From Calditrichia bacterium (GTDB lineage: Bacteria > Calditrichota > Calditrichia > RBG-13-44-9), in contig JARRQT010000050.1 in NCBI GenBank assembly GCA_037381445.1, positions 1-23,697 on the forward strand: 23,697 nt of DNA, read 5' to 3'. Made by a program: the position numbers and the translations under genes. This document shows positions 8,016 to 15,682 of the stretch, piece by piece. Positions within the stretch are counted from its first letter, which is position 1, and each line of letters begins with the position of its first letter. Under the pieces are notes generated by a model, which was not told the origin of the DNA, ran no database searches, and saw only the letters and a list, made by a program, of their open reading frames with translations.

Positions 8016-8770
8016 GCTGACTTCTTTTTTGCCTGTACCCAGGGCTTTTCAGTTGGCTTCCAACCCAGGGGACGGGTTTTGAGTCCCGTGATCATCGAGG
8101 AAAGCATTCCTTTCTCTCTGTAGACCTCCACATAAAAAACAAACGTGATATGATGGATCATAAATGCGATGATAAACCACATCCCCAGGCGGTGCAGCAT
8201 TCTCACATGTGTCTCGCCGCCGAACAGGGGCATTACCCAGCCAAAAAGCGTATTCAGAAAACCGCCGGGTATCAACTGGCCCCACATAGAAAATCCGGTT
8301 AGCGCCATAAACAGCGCACATAGAAATACCGCCGAATACGATAGACTGGCGAGTGCATTGTGACCAAGGGTATAACTTTCATAATCCTCATAACGGAGCG
8401 TTATATAATCCTTTATCTTCCACCATACCTCCCGCCAATAGTCAGCGCGCCAAAAGTTAAACCTGAACCACTGCCGGTAGGTGTGTCCCGCAAAAAACCA
8501 GTAGGCTCTGAATAGTCCATTCACTGTGAAAACCACCCCGAAAACAAAATGCCAGTTTCGATAAGTTGCCATATTAAATGTTCCTGCGGTGCCTGACGGT
8601 CCCAGGGCACCTCCAATCTTAAAACCGGTATAAATCATGATAGCCACTGCCACGACATTGACCCAGTGGGAAACGCGGACAACGGCGTCCCAGACATAAT
8701 ATCTCTGGACGCGATCCGATTCAAGCCGGTACATTTGATCTAATTCTTTTGTATTTACGGGCGTCGCCAT
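8012..8770 (-). CDS. hyaC: [NiFe]-hydrogenase b-type cytochrome subunit
   Basis: 'YVWDAVVRVSHW', 'RNWHFVFG', 'GHNALA', 'RMLHRLGMW...HH', 'SSMITG'. Four hydrophobic helices; follows the large subunit. Confidence 0.94.
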   Translation of the reverse strand: MATPVNTKELDQMYRLESDRVQRYYVWDAVVRVSHWVNVVAVAIMIYTGFKIGGALGPSGTAGTFNMATYRNWHFVFGVVFTVNGLFRAYWFFAGHTYRQWFRFNFWRADYWREVWWKIKDYITLRYEDYESYTLGHNALASLSYSAVFLCALFMALTGFSMWGQLIPGGFLNTLFGWVMPLFGGETHVRMLHRLGMWFIIAFMIHHITFVFYVEVYREKGMLSSMITGLKTRPLGWKPTEKPWVQAKKKSA

Positions 8771-8819
8771 TTTGCCTCTCTCCGACTTATTTGATTTTTT
8801 AGCCTATTGTTTTTTAGTC

Positions 8820-8906
8820 TGAAATCTCAAAATACGGTTTTGTGTGTTTTAATAATAGTCATAATCACGCCCTATATAAATCTGATTCTGCCTTTTTGAG
8901 ATTTCA
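8820..8906. repeat. 13-bp perfect inverted repeat spanning the hyaB-hyaC spacer
   Basis: TGAAATCTCAAAA (8820-8832) and TTTTGAGATTTCA (8894-8906), 61 nt apart. Confidence 0.6.
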
Positions 8907-8915
8907 TTAACCTGT

Positions 8916-10643
8916 CTATGTCACTTTTACTCTCGTTATCTCCTTTCCGCTCATGTCAAGGACATGGGTTGAGCAGGCCAGGCAGGGGTCAAAGGAGTGG
9001 ATTACCCGGAGAATCTCCAGCGGTTTATCCGGCACCTGAAGAGGCAGTCCGATGAGCGACGCCTCGAAAGGTCCGTGTTGCCCCATCGGATCTTTGGGAG
9101 AACCATTCCAGGTGGTTGCAACAACCGCCTGATAGTTGGAGATTTTCTCATCCTTGATCTTCACCCAGTGTGCAAGCGCCCCGCGTGGTGCTGCATAAGT
9201 GCCCACACCTTTTACTTCTTCCTTTGGCCAGGTTGACGGATCCCATTTTTCCGTATTGGCGGTGTTGTAATTTCCCGCTTTAATATTAGCAATCAAATCA
9301 CCGTACAGTTTCGTCAGCATGGTAACCGCTCGCTTTGTTTCAAGGGCTCTGGCCAGGATACGACCAAATGTGGAATACATTGCTTCAAACGGCAAGTTCA
9401 ACTGTGTAAGGCTGTAATCCACCAGAGATTTGACCTCATCATCACCATGGGCTAGTGCCAGAATGGTCCTGGCTAGCGGACCGCCTTCCATTGATTTCTT
9501 CCGCCAGCGCGGTGCCTTCATCCAGGAATATCTCTTATCCATATCCAGGAAATCCCAGGGTGGCTTGGGTCCTGTATATTGAGGATTTGTCTCACCTGCC
9601 CAGGGATGCAGTCCCACTTTGTCGCCCTGCGTATATTGATACCAGGCATAAGATACAAATTCCTGAATTTGTTCAGGATCTGCCGGATTGACTTCATGTA
9701 CTTCTTTAAGATTACCGTCCAGTACCACGCCACCTTTCCAGCGATTTGTTGAAGTATCTCCGGAAACCTCCGGGAAATCTCCATAATCAAGCACCCCTTT
9801 GTTGCTCACGCCTCCGCCCCATTGTGTCCAGTCCTTATAAAATGATAGAATAGCCAATGCATCCGGAAGGTATAGCTGGTCGACCACAGTGACCGCCTCA
9901 TCAATCTTTGATTTTACCAGTTCAAGCCGATCGATGTTGATAGTATCTGGTGATTCCATGTTGATGGAGCACGGCATGCCTCCCACCAGCATGAAGGGAT
10001 GCGGATTCTTCCCTGCAAAGACCGTATGAATTTTAACAATCTCGCGTTGCCAGTTTAAGGCTTCAATATAATGAGCAAAAGCAAGAAGATTTGCTTCCGG
10101 CGGCAGCTTATACCCCGGATGTCCCCAGTATGCATTTGCGAAAATTCCCAATTGCCCGGATCCAACAAAAGTCTTCAGGCGGGTTTTCATATCTGTGAAA
10201 TAACCAACTGAAGAATCACCCCAGTTTGAGATTTTTTGTGCCAGGGCTGCGGTAGCTTTGGGATCGGCTTTGAGCGCAGATACCACATCAACCCAATCAA
10301 GTGCCTGCAGATGATAAAAATGGACGATATGATCGTGCACAAACAGGGTTGCGATCAGAATGTTTCGAATAATGTTTGCAGTTGAGGGAACGGAGATTTG
10401 GAGAGCATCTTCGACCGCACGAACTGAGGCCATGGCATGAACCAGGGTACAGACTCCGCAAATCCGTTCGGCCAATGCCCAGGCTTCCCTTGGGTCGCGA
10501 TTTTTTAGAATAATCTCAATGCCGCGAAATAATGCACTGGTGGAAGAGGCATCGGTAACCACATTGTTGTCGTTCAGAATTGTCTGTATCCGCAAATGCC
10601 CTTCGATGCGGGTCAAAGGATCAACAATAATTTTTTTAGCCAT
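8916..10643 (-). CDS. hyaB: Group 1d [NiFe] uptake hydrogenase large subunit
   Basis: 'DPLTRIEGHLRI', L1 'ERICGVCTLVH', 'GKNPHP', 'APRGALAHW', L2 'SFDPCLACSTH' followed by a 15-aa cleavable tail. Confidence 0.96.
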   Translation of the reverse strand: MAKKIIVDPLTRIEGHLRIQTILNDNNVVTDASSTSALFRGIEIILKNRDPREAWALAERICGVCTLVHAMASVRAVEDALQISVPSTANIIRNILIATLFVHDHIVHFYHLQALDWVDVVSALKADPKATAALAQKISNWGDSSVGYFTDMKTRLKTFVGSGQLGIFANAYWGHPGYKLPPEANLLAFAHYIEALNWQREIVKIHTVFAGKNPHPFMLVGGMPCSINMESPDTINIDRLELVKSKIDEAVTVVDQLYLPDALAILSFYKDWTQWGGGVSNKGVLDYGDFPEVSGDTSTNRWKGGVVLDGNLKEVHEVNPADPEQIQEFVSYAWYQYTQGDKVGLHPWAGETNPQYTGPKPPWDFLDMDKRYSWMKAPRWRKKSMEGGPLARTILALAHGDDEVKSLVDYSLTQLNLPFEAMYSTFGRILARALETKRAVTMLTKLYGDLIANIKAGNYNTANTEKWDPSTWPKEEVKGVGTYAAPRGALAHWVKIKDEKISNYQAVVATTWNGSPKDPMGQHGPFEASLIGLPLQVPDKPLEILRVIHSFDPCLACSTHVLDMSGKEITRVKVT

Positions 10644-10646
10644 TTT

Positions 10647-11747
10647 TTATTCCTCCTTCTCCTTTTGTTCATCAGGCGGTTCCGGCGGTTTTTTCATTCT
10701 TGCTTTCTTGACACCGGAAGCGACCAGGTGTGCCCCGGTGGCGAAAGCAACTCCGATGGCGAGTGCCTCACCAATATTATCCGGAGTACCCAGGCCGACA
10801 TATGGCACATCGCTGAGGTGTTGATAGAGCGGCTTGTTATCCCAATATCCGGGCTCCGAGCAGCCGATACAGGGATGGCCTGATTGAATAGGATAACTGA
10901 CCCCGTTATTCCATTTCATTACCGCACAGTCGTTATAAGTCGTCGGTCCCCTGCAGCCCATTTTATAAAGACAATATCCCTGCCGAGCTGCTTCATCATC
11001 AAATTTTGTCACAAACATGCCGGAATCGAAATAAGCCCGTCGATAACAGTTATCATGAATCCGGACACCGTAAAATGCTTTAGGCCGGTGAAACAGATCC
11101 ACTTCCGGTGGTTCGCCAAAAGCAATCAGATGGACAATAGTCCCCATGATGACATCCGGAATGGGGGGACAGCCCGAAACATTCACCACCTGTTTGTCAG
11201 TAATAATTTTGTAAATTGGTTTGCACTCAGTCGGATTGGGATCTGCGGTTGTAATGCAGCCAAAAGATGAACAGGCGCCAATGGACATAATCAGTTTTGC
11301 ATTGGCAGCCGCTTCCTTAAGAACTTCAATAGCAGGCCTTCCGCCGATAGAACAATACATGCCTTCGGCTCCAAATGGAACGGAACCTTCTACCAGCAGG
11401 ATGTATTCTCCGGCGTTTTCTTTCATCCCTTTGCTAATGATTTCTTCTGCTTGATGCCCCGCCGCTGCCTGAATTGTCTCCATATAATCCAGGGAGATAA
11501 TGCTTAAAATTGCCTCGGAAGCCAGGGGGTGGGCCGCTTTGATGACGCTTTCCGTGCAGCACGTGCAGGCAGCAAAATTCAGCCAATATACCGGCGGCCT
11601 GGGCTTTGATTCGAGCGCTTTTACCACAGTGGGAAACATGGAATAATCGAATCCCAACGAAGCTGTCATCATGAGACAAAATTTCAGGAAGTCGCGTCTT
11701 GAAACGCCGTTTCGATGCACAGCCTCATAGAACGTTTCTTTCTGCAT
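10647..11747 (-). CDS. hyaA: Group 1d [NiFe] uptake hydrogenase small subunit (Tat-exported, C-terminal membrane anchor)
   Basis: Tat signal 'SRRDFLK'. Proximal CTCCTES, 'GACSSFGC' and 'GCPP'; distal 'IHDNCYRR', 'CLYKMGCRGP'; medial 'YPIQSGHPCIGC'. C-terminal TM helix with His. SD GGAGGAGG upstream. Confidence 0.96.
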   Translation of the reverse strand: MQKETFYEAVHRNGVSRRDFLKFCLMMTASLGFDYSMFPTVVKALESKPRPPVYWLNFAACTCCTESVIKAAHPLASEAILSIISLDYMETIQAAAGHQAEEIISKGMKENAGEYILLVEGSVPFGAEGMYCSIGGRPAIEVLKEAAANAKLIMSIGACSSFGCITTADPNPTECKPIYKIITDKQVVNVSGCPPIPDVIMGTIVHLIAFGEPPEVDLFHRPKAFYGVRIHDNCYRRAYFDSGMFVTKFDDEAARQGYCLYKMGCRGPTTYNDCAVMKWNNGVSYPIQSGHPCIGCSEPGYWDNKPLYQHLSDVPYVGLGTPDNIGEALAIGVAFATGAHLVASGVKKARMKKPPEPPDEQKEKEE

Positions 11748-12415
11748 TTCATACCTCCTCCGTACGGGTTAAAGTTATCGACTATAATTCGCACAGACTT
11801 TGAGAACAATAGAGAACTAATTTCTCTCTCATTTGTCTCATTTACTGCTTAATGTTTTGAATCGACCTTCCTTTCCAAGCATACCTGGAGATCAGAATTA
11901 CCCGCTGGATTCGCCGTTTTAATTTAAAATAGCATGGAATATCTTATCCGGTAAATCGCTGTCCTATTCAGATAAACCCTATCTGACCTTCTGGATGTCA
12001 GATGGGAATACCCGTTCGGAAAAGAAAGTCAAAAAATATTTTATTGGATTTCTTATGCCGGCAGCTTCATGAGGTGTATAATACTTGTTGCAGTCGGATT
12101 CGCGCATCTCTCTGAACCTATAAGGTAAGCATCATTCTCATATCCACCAGATCGCTTAACGAATCCATTAGGAAAATAATTTGAATTTTTAAGAGAGTCT
12201 ATTCACTCCTTTTTTATTGTTAGGATTATTATAATTTACCGGTGTCCGGAACTCCAAAGTAGAAGTAATGCTTTAATAAAACCAACGGTCTCATAACGCC
12301 TTATCCTAATTTTCATATTATTGATATTGTTTTAATCTTCATTGTAATGCAGAAAATTTGAAAATGATGACTATTATAAAAAACTGAAAAATTTATAAAT
12401 TGCTCACAGTCAGAA

Positions 12416-15049
12416 TTATTTATAACCTAAAAGCATACTGACAATAATTGAAACGATCAAAATGATGCCGATAGTCAAAAAAGTGTATCCAAAAATACGA
12501 ATGGCAAGCATTTTCGGTGGCGATATTTCAGTAAAAGAGACCTTCTTACTTAATTCTCCGCTCTTCTTTAGATCTTCATATTCTGCAGGACGGTCTTCTT
12601 TATATTCCTCAACCGGAACCAGTCCCGTGAAAATAACCGGATCTAAAGGAAAGGATTCGGGACGCAAATGGCTGTTAAAAAAGTGAACTGAAAAGATGAA
12701 GCCGACCGCCAATAAGGCCTCATCACCATGAATAATAATGGCAACATTAATGATCCAGCCCGGCAGGAATAAGGTAAAAAATTCGGGGAACCACAGTATT
12801 AGTCCGGTGAAACCAATAACCGCTACTCCCCAAAAAACTGCGAAATAGTCAAATTTTTCCCAGTATGTCCAACGCCCATATTGCGGACGGGGCCCCAGGC
12901 CAACAAACCATTTCATTGATTGCCAGAATTGAATAATGTCTCTTTTCTTAAACCACATGGTATTCTTGCCGAAAATAAGCTGTTTCAGGGATAGCTTTTT
13001 CTTGCTCTTTAATCTTAATAAGGAGCCAAGGTGGGTAAAAAAGTATCCAAATGTAATAACAGCAGCTATTCGATGGATTGTGCCTGCTGCACTAACACCG
13101 CCTACAAAACTGGCAATAAATTTTGCCCATGGAAGTCCGGCAAATTTCAGCATCATACCAGTAAGCGCCAATGCCATAAAACTCAGAATGACAAACAAAT
13201 GAATCAGGCGCTGTAAGGTATTAAAGCGCCGGATATAGTATCTTTTAGGACCAGTGCTGATTTTTCTTTTTTCCTTAAGATGCCTGTAGGAGCGCGGTAG
13301 CCATAAAATTGTATGAACGCCGAAAAAGCTGAAGACGCCAATAAGCAGACCGGTCATTGCCCAGTAGGTGAAAAATAGTATGGGATATTTTGCCCTGTCA
13401 TGGTGAGTCGCATGTGTAAGATAACCTGTAAAGCGACGGTCTGCATCAGGATGACATTTGCGGCAGGTCGTCACAATATTGTCAATTCCAACACTGGATT
13501 TTGGATTGTTGACCGACAGAATATAATGCGCTCCATGGCAGTCCGAACATTTTGCGGCGTTCAGATTGCCATCCAGGTATGCCTGACCATGTATTGTTTC
13601 AAAATATGATTTTGCAAGCCGTTTATGGCAGGAACCACATTCTTCGGTAACTTCCCGCATGAAAGGATCTAATGCAACATTTTGTATGCGATGCGCTGAG
13701 TGACAGTTGTTGCATACCGGCAATTTCTTTTCGGTGTGTGTTACAGTGAAACTATGAATGCTTTTAATGAATTTTTTGTAAATTCCCAGATGACAGGTTG
13801 CGCAGGTTGCCGGGACATTTTTAAAATAGACAGAAGACTGCGGATTGTTGCTGCCTAAAATGTAGTGCGTGCTATGGCAGTCTGTGCAAACCGCAGTAGG
13901 GAGCAATCCCAATTTTACCAGGCCTATTCCATGAACACTACGGGAGTAATCGAACAGCACATTGGCATGTGAGCGCACTTGTTGATTGGGCGAATTTTTC
14001 AATTTGGCATGGCAATCACCACATAATGCCGGGATATGTGTTCGGTAGGTTTTTGCATCTTCATTCAGGTGTGAGAGCACATCATGGGTGCCATGACAAT
14101 AACTACAATAAGGAGCCATTTTATTTTTATTTTCATAGGCCTGTCCGTGGCTGCTGGAAAAATATTTTTCAGTAACCTCGGCGTGGCAGTTCGCACAGTT
14201 TACTTTGCCGACAGTGACCGGCGGATGCGGATGATGAGGCGAAATATCAGAATGGCATTGCACGCAAGGGATGTTTTTATGAACAGAGTTCTGAAGTTGA
14301 GCAACATCGACTGTTAAGGATATCGTTTTGCCATTTACAGTCTTATGAAGATCTTTTTTGGCATGGCATTTCAAACAGCTCTTGTCGGATGTTTTAGGAA
14401 CCACACTTACAGCCTGGATTTTATGAGGAAGGTGACAATCCGTACATGCCGGAACCGCCCCCGGTTGTTGTTCCCATAAGGCGCCGCGAATTATCTTTTT
14501 ATGAACCTGTTCAATTCGTGAATGGCATTTCATGCAGGTCTTAGCGATGTTTTGAACCGATATGCTGGAATGAGGATCTGTGGCGGGAAGGATCATATGG
14601 TTTCTGTGGCAGCTGTTACAGGTAGCCGTCACAGTCAGTCCCATTTTAAAAAGCCCTGTCCCATGGATACTCATGGAATAATTGGCCAGAATATTCTTTT
14701 CGGGGATTTTATAAACCTTTGAAACCGGCGCGCCCTCGCGGTGGCACTGACCGCATAAGGCCGGAATATTCATTATATAAGTGCTTGAATTGGGATTATC
14801 AGGGGGAAGAATATAGTGTACTCCATGGCAGGTGGAACAGGTCGGCGCATACGGTGAACCGCGCTTAAGGGCGGCATGATGAATACTGGCATCGTAATCT
14901 TTGCCCTGCTGTTGATGGCAGCTTTGGCATTGGACCTTAAGCAATTTCTCCGGGTGCGGAAATTCTTTTACATTAGCATCGGTATGGCAATGAACGCATT
15001 GCAGGCTTTTATGCACAGACTTGAGAAATTTGTCGTAATCGACATACAT
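12416..15049 (-). CDS. cbcL: CbcL-like multiheme cytochrome c / cytochrome b (FdnI/HydC-type) fusion quinol dehydrogenase; true 5' end lies further upstream and appears disrupted
   Basis: 18 CxxCH in the ORF plus one in-frame CEICH upstream (15095-15109). C-terminal multi-TM cytochrome b domain ('RLIHLFVILSF', 'IHRIAA', 'RWTYWEKFDYFAVFWG', 'IIHGDEALLA...HFFNSHLRP'). The architecture matches Geobacter CbcL but with about twice the hemes. The symbol is assigned by architecture, not by search. Confidence 0.82.
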   Translation of the reverse strand: MYVDYDKFLKSVHKSLQCVHCHTDANVKEFPHPEKLLKVQCQSCHQQQGKDYDASIHHAALKRGSPYAPTCSTCHGVHYILPPDNPNSSTYIMNIPALCGQCHREGAPVSKVYKIPEKNILANYSMSIHGTGLFKMGLTVTATCNSCHRNHMILPATDPHSSISVQNIAKTCMKCHSRIEQVHKKIIRGALWEQQPGAVPACTDCHLPHKIQAVSVVPKTSDKSCLKCHAKKDLHKTVNGKTISLTVDVAQLQNSVHKNIPCVQCHSDISPHHPHPPVTVGKVNCANCHAEVTEKYFSSSHGQAYENKNKMAPYCSYCHGTHDVLSHLNEDAKTYRTHIPALCGDCHAKLKNSPNQQVRSHANVLFDYSRSVHGIGLVKLGLLPTAVCTDCHSTHYILGSNNPQSSVYFKNVPATCATCHLGIYKKFIKSIHSFTVTHTEKKLPVCNNCHSAHRIQNVALDPFMREVTEECGSCHKRLAKSYFETIHGQAYLDGNLNAAKCSDCHGAHYILSVNNPKSSVGIDNIVTTCRKCHPDADRRFTGYLTHATHHDRAKYPILFFTYWAMTGLLIGVFSFFGVHTILWLPRSYRHLKEKRKISTGPKRYYIRRFNTLQRLIHLFVILSFMALALTGMMLKFAGLPWAKFIASFVGGVSAAGTIHRIAAVITFGYFFTHLGSLLRLKSKKKLSLKQLIFGKNTMWFKKRDIIQFWQSMKWFVGLGPRPQYGRWTYWEKFDYFAVFWGVAVIGFTGLILWFPEFFTLFLPGWIINVAIIIHGDEALLAVGFIFSVHFFNSHLRPESFPLDPVIFTGLVPVEEYKEDRPAEYEDLKKSGELSKKVSFTEISPPKMLAIRIFGYTFLTIGIILIVSIIVSMLLGYK

Positions 15050-15225
15050 TGAAACCGATCGACCATAGCGGGTGGCGGTGAGAGTTGGATCGCTATGACA
15101 AATTTCACAGTCATCATTCGTTGCTGCATATGAAGGTTTTAAAGGAAAGAGCTCTGTAGCCGTTATTCAGTAGTGATTTTCGGTAAAATTGCGAAAATAT
15201 AAAAAGTATTGTTGGTCCGCTTCAT
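15050..15225 (-). pseudogene. Disrupted 5' portion (signal peptide plus first heme) of the CbcL-like gene
   Basis: The main frame stays open upstream of the ATG at 15049 as ITATELFPLKPSYAATNDDCEICHSDPTLTATRYGRSVS until TGA at 15169-15167, with no ATG. A signal-peptide-like start, MKRTNNTFYIFAIL, begins at 15225 in another frame and stops at 15165-15163. Confidence 0.6.
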
Positions 15226-15591
15226 TTTTAAAAAAGGCTTTTAAGAGGCATGAGAAAATTGCAGCGACATCACAGGCAATATCTAATATGAAAAACATTC
15301 TATTGCTGATACGTTGCATTCTGGTGGGTCGCCTTTAGAATCAACTAAAATTCTTTAAGTGATTAAAATATTTCAAAGCAAGCAATATTTATTATGTCTA
15401 AAAATGAACTCCTCAGGCAAATAACTGTAAAGGACAATTAAAATTTTCTTTTGAATGTCTAATATTGAGAATGAATTACGTTATATGAGAACCTGCAATG
15501 TTAAGGACCTTGCCAATTTTGCTCGAAATCATTCCTCGAATACAGGAAAGAATTGACAAACATGTTTGAATTGAGTTTAGGGAAAGATTGC

Positions 15592-15640
15592 AAAAACCGG
15601 TATTTCTTCTAAAAGATTATTCTGTCAGAAGAAATACCGG
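15592..15640 (-). terminator. Rho-independent terminator after the imcH-like gene
   Basis: Perfect 14-bp stem CCGGTATTTCTTCT / AGAAGAAATACCGG (15597-15610 / 15627-15640) with a 16-nt loop, followed on the - strand by TTTTT. Confidence 0.75.
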
Positions 15641-15682
15641 CCGAAGGTTTTAGGAAAAATGTAATCTGTAACAGGAATTAAA

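Noticed and set aside
11748..12415. Riboswitch, ncRNA or sigma54 promoter in the 668-bp region upstream of hyaA (small hairpin at about 11978-12006; half-site TGTCTCA at 11834-11840)
   Set aside because: No recognisable family motif, no TGGCAC box and only a half palindrome; an Rfam/Infernal search would be needed.
15150..15165. AGCTCTGTAGC resembling an IS6-family terminal repeat
   Set aside because: Too short and imperfect; no partner repeat, transposase or target duplication seen.
15167..15169. Selenocysteine at the in-frame TGA upstream of the CbcL-like ORF
   Set aside because: The position is not a redox-Cys context, I see no convincing SECIS hairpin, and the read-through N-terminus does not resemble a clean signal peptide.
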